Positions 1-12,430 of a DNA stretch of 64,000 nucleotides are shown in pieces (the first letter of the stretch is position 1; each line of letters starts with the position of its first letter). The notes beneath the pieces are model-generated. The model saw only the letters and a program-made list of their open reading frames with translations. It had not been told where the DNA came from and made no database searches. Source of the stretch: Scyliorhinus canicula (Eukaryota). Position numbers and translations under genes: made by a program. The stretch lies in the NCBI RefSeq assembly GCF_902713615.1, contig NC_052149.1, positions 126,979,256 to 127,043,255 of the forward strand, read 5' to 3'.

Positions 1-972
1 CCCCGACCCCGACCTGGACCGGTGATGTACCATCAATTGGACGAGACACACTATGAATGTCAAAACTTAGGCTTTAATCAGCTAGATGTTAGCCCGGTGT
101 CCGACTACAGAGAAAGGCCGACCGCCGGGAATTCTGGGGGGGTGGACCCCTGGAGAATCAGCCGGCTGACGGGGAAGGAGTTCTCGTTCTATTCACATGT
201 TCACAAGGTTTATTCTCGTATTGACTTCTTTATTATGAGTAGGGACTTTTTGGAGGGGGTGAGGGATACTGAATATTCGGCGATCACTATTTCAGGCCGT
301 GCTCCACATTGGGTCGACCTGCTGGTCTGCAAAGAAAGTTACCAGCGCCCACAATGGAGGTTAGAGGTGGGATTGTTGGCAGAGGAGAGGGTGTGTGAGC
401 GAGTGGGGAAATGTATGCAGGACTACCTGCAGGTCAACGATACAGGGGACGTCTCAGCAGCGGTGCTCTGAGAGGCACTGAAGGCCGTGGTGAGAGGGGA
501 ACTGATCTCAATCCGAGCCCATAGGGACAGAACGGATAGGGCAGAGATGGACAGACTGGTGCAGGAGATGACACGGACGGATAGGGAATATGCGGAATCC
601 CCGAGGGCAGAGCTCCTTAGGGAACGACGGAGACTGCAGGCGGAGCTGGGAGCGCTATCCACTGGGAAGGCCGTAGAGCAACTCAGAAAGGCCAGGGGTG
701 CGGAGTACGGGGAGAAAACCAGCAGAATGCTTGCACAGCAACTTAGGAAGAGGGAGGCAGCCAGGCAGATAGGGACGGTAGTGGATGGGGTAGGGAACCG
801 GGTGGGAGACCCGGCAGGACTGAACAGGGTATTCAGGGACTTTTACAGTAAGCTGTGTACCTCAGAACCCCCCACGGGGCCGGAGGGGATGAGGCGCTTC
901 TTAGATGGGCTGACCTTCCCAAAGGTGGGCAGCGGGATGGTAGAGGGGCTGGGGGCCCCGATTAGAGCTGAA

Positions 973-1316
973 GCAGCACGGTAGCATGGTGGTTAGCATA
1001 AATGCTTCACAGCTCCAGGGTCCCAGGTTCGATTCCCGGCTGGGTCACTGTCTGTGCGGAGTCTGCACGTCCTCCCCGTGTGTGCGTGGGTTTCCTCCGG
1101 GTGCTCCGGTTTCCTCCCACAGTCCAAAGATGTGCGGGTTAGGTGGATTGGCCATGATAAATTGCCCTTAGTGTCCTAAAAAGTAAGGTTAAAGGGGGGG
1201 TTGTTGGGTTATGGGTATAGGGTGGATATGTGGGTTTGAGTAGGGTGATCATTGCTCGGCACATCGAGGGCCGAAGGGCCTGTTCTGTGCTGCACTGTTC
1301 TATGTTCTATGTTCTA
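973..1316 (+). mobile_element. tRNA-derived SINE (V-SINE/HE1-like) inserted in LINE ORF2
   Basis: tRNA-like head (GGTTCGATTCCC), core GGGTTTCCTCCGGGTGCTCCGGTTTCCTCCCACAGTCCAAAGATG, (TATGTTC)n tail; many copies in the window. Confidence 0.9.
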
Positions 1317-1985
1317 AGTAATGGGGAGCCTGAAGGCCATGCAGTCGGGTAAAACCCCGGGGCCGGATGGGTATCCAGTGGAGTTCTACAAAACGTTCTC
1401 GGGTATAGTGGGGCCGGTGCTGGTTAGGGTGTTTAACGAGGCGAGGGACAATGGGGTGTTACCCCCGACGATGTCGCAAACCACCATCTCGCTGATATTA
1501 AAACGGGATAAGGATCCGGAGGTCTGTGGGTCCTATAGGCCAATCTCCCTGATTAATGTAGACGCTAAACTGCTGGCCAAGATCCTGGCATCCAGAATCG
1601 AGGACTGCGTACCGGACGTGATTGTGGAGGACCAAACGGGGTTTGTTAAGGGCAGGCAGCTAGTAGCCAATCTAAGAAGGCTACTCAATGTGATTATGAT
1701 GCCCCCGGAGGGCAGAGAGGTGGAGGTAGCGGTGGCAATGGAAATGGATGCCAAAAAGGCTTTTGACTGGGTGGAATGGGACTATTTATGGGAGGTGTTG
1801 GGACGGTTTGGGTTTGGAGAAGGCTCTGTGGCAGCGGCGTGCAGAGGTCTGGTGATGCCCGGGGCAAATCTTGATTATATGCCCCCAAAGACTCAAGTAT
1901 AAGGCCTAATATACTGAGAAATATTATGAGAAAGGAAAACATTTTGAATATATAAACACAGATGAAACATGAAATAAACGCTTTA

Positions 1986-2321
1986 AACATAGAACAGTAC
2001 AGCACAGAACAGGCCCTTCGGCCCTCAATGTTGTGCTGAGCCATGATCACCCTACTCAAACCCACGTATCCACCCTATACCCGTAACCCAACAACCCCCC
2101 CCCTTAACCTTACCTTTATTAGGACACTACGGGCAATTTAGCATGGCCAATCCACCTAACCCGCACATCTTTGGACTGTGGGAGGAAACCGGAGCACCCG
2201 GAGGAAACCCACGCACACAGGGGGAGGACGTGCAGACTCCACACAGACAGTGACCCAGCCGGGAATCGAACCTGGGACCCTGGAGCTGTGAAGCATTTAT
2301 GCTAACCACCATGCTACCCTG
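1986..2321 (-). mobile_element. V-SINE-type SINE nested in hAT
   Basis: Reverse complement of the SINE at 973-1316. Confidence 0.9.
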
Positions 2322-2356
2322 ATTTATTCGATTTTAATATTAATCAATCAAATTTA

Positions 2357-2812
2357 TTAAGTTCTTTTCCCCAAATGATACCTCCTGTCACAAAACACCT
2401 GAACTACTTCATTTTTTACATCAGCTGTGAGAAATTCTTTTTCAATGCTTATTAAAGCCAGGTTGGTCAGTCGCTCCTGTGACATAGAAGACCTCAGATA
2501 TGTTTTTATTAATTTCAGTTTTGAAAATGACCTTTCACAGCTTGCGACTGAAAATGCAATTGTAAGCAGTAATCTGTATGAAACACACAGCGTCGGAAAG
2601 ACATCCCTCCCATACTGCAGTAAAGACTCCAGAGCATCTTTAGGATCAGGGGGAACTCTAGTCCCTCCAGCTCGAAGGAGCATCACAAAATCAATAATTT
2701 CGTCATATAACTGAATTGCAACCACATCATTGTCATAATAATTTGCAAAGTCTGAACATTCCTTTTTTAATTTCTCTCTTTCTTGTTCATCTCCACTGAT
2801 AATTTTGTGCAA
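2357..2812 (-). pseudogene. hAT transposase C-terminal dimerisation-domain remnant
   Basis: LLLTIAFSVASCERSFSKLKLIKTYLRSSMSQERLTNLALISIE is the hAT dimerisation motif; lies inside the TIRs. Confidence 0.88.
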
Positions 2813-3145
2813 TTTATATCATAGACTTGCAAATTAGTGGTATCTGTATTCAAATATTAGCATGTTAAGGAATAAATGTCTCCAATTCCGAGATTAAATG
2901 CCATAGCAGTCCTCTGATCATCCAGGCTTCACTCTTACTACATCCCACGTAAATATTTCATTAAATATCACCAAAAAACCTATAAAAAACGTAGTTGCAC
3001 CCGTTCTAGAGCTATTCACTGACCTCTTTATCTTTGCCATCTCTAAGGACGGCTGCCTGAGGTTAAATTGCGCTGTAAGTTAGTCAATTTCCCCTTAGCG
3101 CTGGAATTCTAGGGATATTGTTCTCTTCTTCAGTCATTTTGCTTT

Positions 3146-3486
3146 GCAACACGGTAGCATAGTGGTTAGCATCAATGCTTCACAGCTCCAGGGTCCCAGG
3201 TTTGGTTCCCAGCTGGGTCACTGTCTGTGCGGAGTCTGCACGTCCTCCTCGTGTGTGCGTGGGTTTCCTCCGGGTGCTCCGGTTTCCTCCCACAGTCCAA
3301 AGATGTGCGGGTTAGGTGGATTGGCCATACTAAATTGCCCGTAGTGTCCTAAAAAGTAAGGTTGAGGGGGAGTTGTTGGGTTACGGGTATAGGGTGGATA
3401 CGTGAGTTTGAGTAGGGTGATCATTGCTCGGCACAACATCGAGGGCCGAAGGGCCTGCTCTGTGCTGTACTGTTCTAAATCTAAAT
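3146..3486 (+). mobile_element. V-SINE-type SINE nested in hAT
   Basis: Same head, core and tail as 973-1316. Confidence 0.9.
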
Positions 3487-4372
3487 CAATGGGTGAGATG
3501 TTATGTCTCAAAAGTTGCGCCTCCCTCCTCTGCAACCCCCATGGAGAAGGATATGAGCAGAACGTCATGGAAATACTGTTATGACCCTTGTGGAAACAAC
3601 TACAAACAACCCAACTAAGACCAATATACAAGACTTCACTTTTATATTAGCAATCACACCAAAATCAACGTAAATTAAACATGAATTAACAGGAAAATTG
3701 CAATAATATGACCGATAAATTACACATAGCAGATACAAAGACATATCTCACACATTTCGGTCAGCTCATTCAGCACGTATCGCTTTCATTTCAGCCACAA
3801 TATCCTTCAAAACGTTGAACTTCTTCAAATCAAATTCCATCTTCATTTCTCTAAAGCTTTAGCACCAAGTCTCATCAAACTACTTCACCCAATTTCCACA
3901 AATATAATTTTCACAGTCAACACATTTCCAGATCCCTTCTTCTTCACAAAACCCTGGTCATGTGGGGCCTGTTTGTGCACTATGCCAGTGCATAAAGGGT
4001 CCCCAAATCCAGATATAAAAGCTCTGTTCAAGATCCGAGCTCCAGCAGCTTGCAGTCAAGTCTCTGAGAATCTCCCCTGCACCCTGCTGACCCTGGGCTT
4101 TAAGTATAAAGGGTAAGAGGGCAAAAGTTAAGAGGCCATGATGAATTTTTATAAAATACTGGTTCTGTCCCAAATGGGTGCCCCTGGCCCAAATGTCAAA
4201 TTCTGGGCACGACAGTTTAAAAGTTGACAGCTACAGAGAGGGTGCAGAGAAGAGTTTTAAAATAGATCAAATAAATAAAATAAATAAATGAATAAATAAA
4301 ACTCACCCATGGTGGCAATGCCGTCCATTCTGGAAAATTCGCGCCCTTTCTGCTCCCTCTCCAGCCTCTGCA

Positions 4373-4588
4373 GTGCGCAGGCGCGCTCGGGCCGACCGCG
4401 GTGCGCAGGCGCGCTAGGGCCGACCGCGGTGCGCAGGCGCGCTAGGGCCAACCGCGGACCGCGGTGCGCAGGCGCGCTCGGGCCGACCGCGGTGCGCAGG
4501 CGCGCTCGGGCCGACCGCGGCAACCGCGGTGCGCAGGCGCGCTCGGGCCGACCGCGGTGCGCAGGCGCGCTCGGGCCGACCGCGGTGC
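4373..4588. repeat. 28-bp GC-rich tandem repeat (GCGGTGCGCAGGCGCGCTCGGGCCGACC), about 7 copies, subterminal in hAT
   Basis: Periodicity read directly from sequence. Confidence 0.9.
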
Positions 4589-6160
4589 TGCCCCCATCCA
4601 GTCGCTGCCCGGGGCCAGCGCCCCGTCGGCCCCCCCCTCTGCACGCCGCTGCTCTGTGGATTGGGTTAAACTGCTATATCAGGCCCCGGAAGCTAGTGTA
4701 AGGACGAACAGGACGACATCTGAGTATTTTAGACTACACCACGGGACAAGACACGGATGCCCCCTCTCTCCACTGCTGTTTGCGTTGACCACAGAATCGC
4801 TGGCAATTGCTTTGAGAGCGGCAAGGGGATGGAAGGGAATGGTCGGGGGGGGGGGGGGGGGGGATAGAACACAAGGTCTCGCTCTGCGCGGATGACCTGC
4901 TTTTGTATGTGTCAGATCCAGCGGCAGGGATGGACGGGATTATGGAAATCCTCGGGGAGTTTGGCCGGTTTTCAGGCTACAAGTTGAACATGGCAAAAAG
5001 CGAGATGTTTGTGGTGCAGGCGAGGGGTCAGGAGAATAGGCTGAGGGAGCTATCGTTTAGGCTGGTTGGGGAAAGTTTTAGGTATCTAGGGATACAAGTG
5101 GCGCGCGACTGGGGTAAGATGCATAGGATGAACTTGTCCAGGCTGGTGGAGCAAATGAGGAGCGAGTTTCGGAGGTGGGATGAACTCCCGCTGTCACTAG
5201 CGGGGAGAGTGCAGACGGTGAAGATGACGATTCTCCCGAGATTCCTGTTTATTTTTCAGTGTCTCCCTATTTTCATTCTTTAAAAGAATCAATAAAATCA
5301 TCCTGGGATTTATTTGGGCGGGGAAGTCCCCGCGGGTAAAGAGGGGAATGCTGGAACGGAACCGTAGCGAGGGGGGGCTGGCGCTGCCGAACCTCAGCAA
5401 CTACTACTGGGCGGCTAACATAGCCATGATAAGGAAATGGATGGTGGGTATGGGGTCGGTTTGGGAGCGGGTGGAGGCTGCTTCATGCAGGGGCACCAGC
5501 TTGGCAGCCCTGGTCACGGCTCCCCTGCCGTTCCCGCCGCCAGGTACTCCACCAGCCCTGTAGTGGTGGCGGCTTTGCGGATTTGGGGCCAGTGGAGGAA
5601 GTGTGCGGGGGAAGTGGGAGCGTGGGTCTGGTCCCCAATATGTGACAACCATCGATTTGTCCCGGGGAAGATGGATGGCGGGTTTCGAGCGTGGCAGAGG
5701 GCAGGGGTGGGAAGGATGGGCGACGTGTTCCTGGAAGGGAGCTTCGCGAACATTAGGGCGCTGGAGGAGAAGGTCGGGCTGGCGAGGGGGAATGACTTTC
5801 GGTACTTGCAGGTGCGGGATTTCGTACGTAGACAGGTCCCGTCCTTTCCACACCTTCCACCAAGAGGGATCCAGGACAGGGTAATTTCCAGGGGTGAGGT
5901 AGGAGAGGGGAGAGTCTCAGATATTTATAAGGAACTTATGGGAACGGAGGACACAGGAGCCGAGAAACTGAAACTTAAGTGGGAGGAGGAGCTTGGTGGG
6001 GAGTTGGAGGGAGGCGTATGGGCAGACGCTCTGAGGAGGGTAAATGGAACCGCAACATGTGCCAGGCTCGGTCTGATTCAGTTCAAGTTGGTTCACCGGG
6101 CCCACACGACGGTGGCCCGGATGAGCAAATTCTTTGGGCTGGAGGACAAGTGTGCTAGAT

Positions 6161-6508
6161 ATCATAGATTTTACAGTGCAGAAGGAGGCCACTCGGCCCA
6201 ACGAGTCTACACCGGCTCTTGGAAAGAGCACCCTACCCAAGGTCAACACCTCCACCTTATCCCCATAACCCAGTAACCCCACCCAACACTAAGGGCAATT
6301 TTGGACACGAAGGGCAATTTTATCATGGCCACTCCATCTAACCTGCACATCTTTGGACTGTGGGAGGAAACCGGAGCACCCGGAGGAAACCCAAGCACAC
6401 ACGGGGAGGATGTGCAGACTCGACACAGTCAGTGACCCAAGCTGCAATCGAACCTGGGACCCTGGAGCTGTGAAGCAATTGTGCTATCCACAAGGCTACC
6501 GTGCTGCG
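6161..6508 (-). mobile_element. V-SINE-type SINE in LINE ORF2 C-terminus
   Basis: Reverse-complement SINE core; LINE CARCGGGP-ANHVHMFWAC-type motif split around it. Confidence 0.85.
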
Positions 6509-7077
6509 CCTGATGTGGGGGAGGACCAATGAACCATGTCCACATGTTCTGGGCGTGTCCAAAACTCAGGGATGCTGGCAGGGATTTGCAGACGTCATGT
6601 CCCGGGGACTGAAAACAAGGGTGGCGATGAGTCCAGAGGTGGCGATTTTTGGGGTGTCGGAAGACCCAGGAGTCCAGGAGGGGATAGAGGCCGATGTTGT
6701 GGCCTTTGCTTCCCTGATGGCCCGGTGACGAATACTGTTGGCCTGGAGGGACTCAAAGCCCCCAAAGACCGAAGTATGGCTGTCGGACATGGCAAGCTAT
6801 CTCGGCTTGGAAAAAATCAAGTTCGCCTTACGCGGATCACTATCGGGGTTCGCTCGAAGGTGGCAACCATTCATCAACTTCTTCGCGGGGAACTAATCAT
6901 CAGCGGAGGGTGGGGTAGAATAGTGTAGAGTAGGGGGGGGGAGAATAGGCGGGTCAATCTGAGAGAGTGGTACTGTTATTTTACTATATTTTTTGTAATT
7001 GGTATTTGCACACTAATGTATATTGTTATTGTTTACAATGCCAAAAATACCTGAATAAAATTGTCTGTTAAAAAAAA

Positions 7078-9370
7078 TCATTGATGTGGCGGAGGTTGGG
7101 ACGGTGGTAGTTGTGGGTGGCGGGGGAATGGGACCGGAGCGGTGAGCGTTGGCTGAACTGTGGCCTTTGAGCCAAGCCAACCCCCAACAACCGTCCATTT
7201 CCCCTGCCCCACGCACGCTATCTGGCCAGCCCAGACCCTAACCAGCCCACCCCTCACACCCATCCGACAGAGCACCAAGGCAGGTTGTGAACAGGTATTT
7301 AATGTGACAACAAATATACAGATTGGGCCCTAGCCCCCGTCATTAAACTGTGCCCTGCACCCGTGCCAGCATAGGGCACTGTTTAGCACACTGGGCTAAA
7401 CCGCTGGCTTTGAAAGCAGACCAAGCAAGCAAGCAGCACGGTTCGATTCCCGTAACAGCCTCCCCGAACAGGCGCCGGAATGTGGCGACTAGGGGCTTTT
7501 CACAGTAACTTCAATGAAGTCTACTCGTGACAATAAGTGATTTTCATTTTTCATAAGGGGGCACGGTAGCATAGTGGTTAGCACAATGGCTTCATAGTGC
7601 CAGGGTCCCGGTTTGATTCCCGACTTGTCTGTGCGGAGTCTGCACATTCTCCCCTTGTCTGCGTGGGTTTCCTCTGGGTGCTCCGGTTTCCTCCCACAGG
7701 CCAAAGATGTGCACGGGTAGGTGAATTGGCTATACTAAATTGCCCTAAGGTTAGGTGGGGTTACGGGGATGGGGTAGAAGTGTGGGCTTAGATAGGGTGA
7801 TCTTTCCATAGGTTGGTGCAGACTCGATGGGCTGAATGGCCTCCTTCCGCACTGTAAATACTGTGATTCTGTGAAAACTGCTTTCTAATTTTCTGTCCTT
7901 ACAGGTCCTAATGCTACCTCTAGGTGGATCAGGAGTGGAGGCTGCCTGCTGTGATTCCTACTCTGTGACCTGGGTCCCCTTTGCTGGCCATATTCTGGGG
8001 CAAATGGGCCTGGATGGACCCGGCTGCTGTTCGACTGTCCCAGGTAGTGTGGTGCCGCCCTGTTCTGCCCGCTGTGACTGCACTGTCCAGCAGTGTCTGG
8101 CACATTGCTGCCTGTGAGGAGGCAGCCTTGTACTGGGCCGAGGCCAGCGGCCGCAGAGTGTGCCCCAAGCCTTGGACATGCTGACCCAGGGCTGAAACCC
8201 TCGCCCCAAGGCCTCCACTGCGGACCTGGGTGTCACCATGGCAGCACCACCTCCTCCTCCTGCACGCGGTTGGATTCCTCCACCTTCTCCTGCAGGTGCT
8301 GGATACTCACCAACAACCCCTCATGTAATCGCTGAATCTGCGACTGCATCACCACAATCGATGGGACTGTCCGTTCCAGAACCCCAACACCCTTCTGGAT
8401 GGCAGCTAGTTCCTGGGGCCGGCCCAGCCTCCGACCCTCCGCTCCCTCGGGAGTTCCTACCTCCACCTGCTGTACTGGAGCATGTGTGTGGTGGCACCAG
8501 ATAGTGTCCCAGGGGCTTCATCACTAAGGTGCCCCGCCGAGGTGAGTATCTCTGGGATGGTGGAGGGTGTTGGAGACAGCTTAGCAGTGCTAGCCTGGCA
8601 TGCTGGCAGTGCCACCTGTTGACTCTGGCAATGCCATCTGGTCACCCTGGCAATGCCACACTGGACCTGCTAAGATGTCCATGAGGCACGACCAGAATGG
8701 CATGAGCACTGCCAGGGTGTCAGGCTGGCACTGCCATGCTGCCCGGGCAGCAGGCTGTCCGAGCCTGGGATCAGGCCCCGAGCGTTCCCTGCCTTGACCG
8801 GGTGGATGAGGGGTGGGTCGAGAACCCCCTAATCGGTAATTTGGGGAATCCGGAGGCCACGGTGGGAGTTGAGGGATGGGGGCAGCATTTAAAGATCACC
8901 CCCTGATCTCTCCCTGCACTGACGGGTTCAGCTCGCAGGAAGTGGATGTCAGTGCGGCCTCGGAGTCTCCTTCCTCACCGAGGCCCAAATATCCCAGAGT
9001 CCCGGTTAATAACGGGATCATTTTCAGCACTGCAGGCTCCGGGAAACACCCCACTAAACACGCCCAAAACAGGAGCCTGTTCATTCCCAGTTACATTGCT
9101 CCCTGAGTAAATCAGTGGCTGCAGAAATGTTGTGGTGATCGGAGAGCCAGAGACAGATAGTTGGGATTTTGAAAGTGCCGTTGGAAGTGAATTGGGGAAT
9201 AGGTTTTTCCAGGGATGGATACAAAAGGGGGTAGGGTTGGGGTGTGGAAGGGGGATGTGGGTGGGGAGTGATATAAGGAAGTGAACAGTGATGGTCTTAT
9301 CTGTGATTGAAACACTGGGAGTAGTGATACCACGTGAGGAGGTAAGGTCATATACAATTCATAAACTTCA
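7078..9370 (-). mobile_element. PIF/Harbinger-derived remnant (3' part of Myb-like gene region) carrying two SINEs (7372-7553, 7556-7875)
   Basis: Homologous to 55378-57170, which follows a Harbinger transposase remnant, and to the coiled-coil part of the Myb-like ORF at 40638-41237 (LQEGLLVSIQHLQ vs LQEGLSAIIQCLQ). Confidence 0.6.
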
Positions 9371-9614
9371 TAGAATTCATAGAATGTACAGTGCAGAAGG
9401 AGGCCATTCAGCCCATCGAGTCCGCACCGGCCCTTGGAAAGAGCACCCCACCCAAGCCCATGCCTCTACCCTATCCTCGTAACCCAGTAACCCCACCTAA
9501 ACATTTTGGACACTGAGGGCAATTTAGCATGGCCAATCCACCTAACCTGCACATCTTTGGACTGTGGGGGAACTGGAGCACCCAAAGAAAACCCACACAG
9601 ACACAGGGAGAATA

Positions 9615-9997
9615 TGGGAGAAGGGGGAGGTGGGGAATATGGGTTGGAGAATTGTGATTGTGATGATTTAATCCCAGCAACTTTCAGTCTCTTTTCTGAT
9701 TTGAATCTTGTAAACTCAGAGATTCCAGATTGTTATAACCTGCCTGCTTCCCACTGGCTGGGGACTAATGGCAATCCCACAATCCTTTGGGAGTATGAGA
9801 TTCCCCAATGAGGGGGTTGGGGCAGAAATCATAAGCAGATTCGCTGCATAAATAAAGCTGGCCAGTTTGGAACCAGCTAGAGAGGAGTGAGCAGCAAGGG
9901 AGTTGCTGCTGCTGTTGTCTAAATATGTTATTGTAAATAAATGTTATTTCTTTCTATCCTTCAACTCGTGCTGGATTTCTCGTGACCTCACAAAACA
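9615..9997 (+). mobile_element. Possible solo LTR (also at about 57420-57805)
   Basis: TG...CA ends, internal AATAAA, possible AATA TSD; interrupts a SINE. Left boundary uncertain. Confidence 0.4.
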
Positions 9998-10099
9998 AAT
10001 AAAACTGATCATTTAAAAATGATTGATAATTGTCTTTGAATCCAATCTTCTTCGAATGTGTCATTGATTGACAGTCCAACCAGCCAATCATGATAATCA

Positions 10100-10440
10100 T
10101 AGAACATAGAACAGTACAGCACAGAACAGGCCCTTCGGCCCTCAATGTTGTGCCGAGCCATGATCACCCTACTCAAACCCACGTATGCACCCTACACCTG
10201 TAACCCAACAACCCCCCCTTAACCTTACTTTTATTAGGACACTACGGGCAATTTAGCATGGCCAATCCACCTAACCCGCACATCTTTGGACTGTGGGAGG
10301 AAACCGGAGCACCCGGAGGAAACCCACGCACACAGGGGGAGGACGTGCAGACTCCACACAGACAGTGACCCAGCCGGGAATCGAACCTGGGACCCTGGAG
10401 CTGTGAAGCATTTATGCTAACCACCATGCTACCCTGCTGC
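10100..10440 (-). mobile_element. V-SINE-type SINE, specific to copy 1
   Basis: Copy 2 reads ...ATGATAATCATTTGCTG... uninterrupted at about 57898-57913. Confidence 0.9.
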
Positions 10441-10528
10441 TCTCATTTGCTGAAATGCAGCCAATCAGCTGATGGGGAGGAGGGACATTCCAAACCACAC
10501 ACGAGACACATACTGAATATTCTTAATG

Positions 10529-10534
10529 TTTATT
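10529..10534 (-). terminator. Polyadenylation signal AATAAA for C exon 1
   Basis: TTTATT on +, about 500 nt past the C stop; conserved at 57992-57997. Confidence 0.65.
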
Positions 10535-11030
10535 ACCTTTTACAGATTTACATTGTCAGAAAAAAGACTTGAATAAACAGCCCAGCCAGAGAAAGCTGGA
10601 GAAATTCTCAGGGAAAATATGGAGATTTTCTCAATGACATGAGAATCCTGTCCCTTTAAACGGTGACTAAACCTTAAATTGTAACTGCAGGGTGAGCAGG
10701 AAGGAGGTCTGGTTTCCTGAAGCAGAGACTTCAGGGGTCACGTTATTTTGGTACAGCTGACAGTCTTCAGCATCTGAGAGGTTTTGCTTGGCATCACGAG
10801 TCTGCACTGTCCCATCAAACATTCCCAGGACAAATGCTGCATGGGATTATATACAGAGTAAATATCCCTCTACAATGTCCCAAAAACATGTCTTAACCCC
10901 TGACCCTCAGAAGTGTCTCAGACCCAGTCCCGAGAAGGTTGTAATTCAGTGCTGACAATGACCTTTGCCCTCCCAGCTCACCCCTGTTCTATTTAAAGTT
11001 GTGTCTCCTCTGTGGACTGTCTCTAACATT

Positions 11031-11359
11031 CTACACACATTCTGATCTCCTGATGCTCTTGCTGAGGGCAGAGGAGAGGCTCACGTGGGTGAGGGCACAG
11101 GAGAAGCGGGCGTTGGACTCCCAGGCAGAGCCAGAGAGGGTCAGCAGGCTGCTGACGCTGTAGGTGTTGTCCGAAGCTCGCAGGTAGTTGCTGGTCTGAA
11201 CCCCGTCCGAAATGGCTGCACCATCCTTCTTCCACTCCACCACCAGCTCATCGGGATAGAAGTGATTGGCAAGGCACACCAGGGTGGCAGTGCCCTTGGT
11301 CTTGACCTCCTCCAGGGAGGGGGGCAGCAGGGTCAGTGTGGGTTGTGAATTCTCACGGC
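11031..11359 (-). CDS. IGKC: Ig kappa-type light chain constant exon, cluster 1
   Basis: Acceptor TTTCAG then (S)RENSQPTLTLLPPSLEEVKTKGTATLVCLANHFYPDELVVEWKKDG...YSVSSLLTLSGSAWESNARFSCALTH...SECV*; C1-set Cys/Trp/Cys and terminal Cys; phase 1 matches the J donor. Confidence 0.96.
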
Positions 11360-11529
11360 CTGAAAGAGAAAGGAAGGAATTTTAATTGCTGCCTTAATAA
11401 AGGATTTCAACTTCCCAAATATTAACTGGAATCAAGACATGTGTCAATGTATAGATGATCCGGAATTCTGACAATCCATTCTGAGCAACCTTTCTAACTA
11501 GCACAAAACAATCCCAACAAGAGAAGGAG

Positions 11530-12430
11530 CAGTTTTGGACAGTTTTGTGGATTGAATCTGGGCAGGTGAAGGGGTATCAGTGGGAGAGTATTTGGGTAAT
11601 AGTGATCATAATTCAGTTAGATTTAGAGCAGTAATGGAAAAGGGTAAAGGCAGACCAAGAGGAAAAGTTTTAAATTGGGGAAAGGCCAATTTTCTGAAAC
11701 TGGGATTTGCCAAAATGGACAGTAAACAGCGACTTGATGGTAAAACAGTGACAGAGCAGGGGAGAATATTCAAGCTGGAGATAGAGAGATTTCAGAACAA
11801 ATATGTTCACACAAAGCGAGAGTGAGGGACATTGTGAGAGGATAACTAATGAATGAGTGGGATCAATTAGAGAGCAAAATGTAACTTGTGTGTGGAGGTA
11901 GAAGGCATGGAGATGGTTCTTAATGATTAATTTACATCAGTTTTCACTAATGCGAGGGACAAAGCAGACATTGGAGTTCAGGAGGAGGAGAATTGTGAAA
12001 TATTGGATGTGATAAAGATAGTGAGAGAGGAGATATTAACGTGTTTATCAGCTTTGAAAGGGGAGATACACCCAGGCCCGGGTGAAATGTATCCCAGGCT
12101 GCTAAGGGAAGGAAGGGAAGAAATAGCGGAGGCTCTGACCATTATTTTCCAATCCTCTCTGACTACAGGCTTGGTGTCAGAGTACTGGTGGATGATCATG
12201 TTGTACCATTGTTTAAAAAGGGAGGAAGGGATAGGCCGAGGGAGCAATTTTGAATTTGATGAGGAGGGAACGAGGAGGGTTGATGACGGGAGTGAGTTTG
12301 ATGTTGACAACATGGGTTTTCCAAGGATTTTGCCAAGTTTCCAATGACAGACGGGTTTGGAAATTAAAAGCTGATGGAATCCAAGGGAAAGTGACAAATT
12401 GGATTTCAAATTGGTTCAGAGTCAGGAGGG
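11530..12430 (+). mobile_element. Degraded CR1 LINE fragment in J-C intron
   Basis: YLGNSDHNSVRF, PGPGEMYPRLLREGREEIAEALTIIFQSSL motifs; also at 59040-59920. Confidence 0.8.

Larger units (their letters stand above)
1832..4651 (-). mobile_element. hAT DNA transposon (2820 bp) with 16-bp TIRs and 8-bp TSD
   Basis: TIR CAGCGGCGTGCAGAGG at 1832 and its reverse complement ending at 4651; TSD CTCTGTGG at 1824-1831 and 4652-4659; removal restores LINE frame GEGSV-DWVKLLY. Confidence 0.93.
22..7077 (+). mobile_element. L1/Tx1-clade LINE, degraded ORF2 (endonuclease end, RT, C-terminus) and 3' UTR, interrupted by two SINEs and a hAT
   Basis: Fragments YSRIDFF (EN), KTPGPDGYPVEFYK / YRPISLINVDAKLLAK / DAKKAFDWVEW, GTRHGCPLSPLLFAL, FRYLGIQV; ends AATAAA (7054-7059) plus A-run (7070-7077). 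5' end lies outside the window. Confidence 0.88.

Noticed and set aside
973-1050. tRNA genes at SINE heads
   Set aside because: Only A/B-box-like remnants fused to the SINE core; no full cloverleaf evident.
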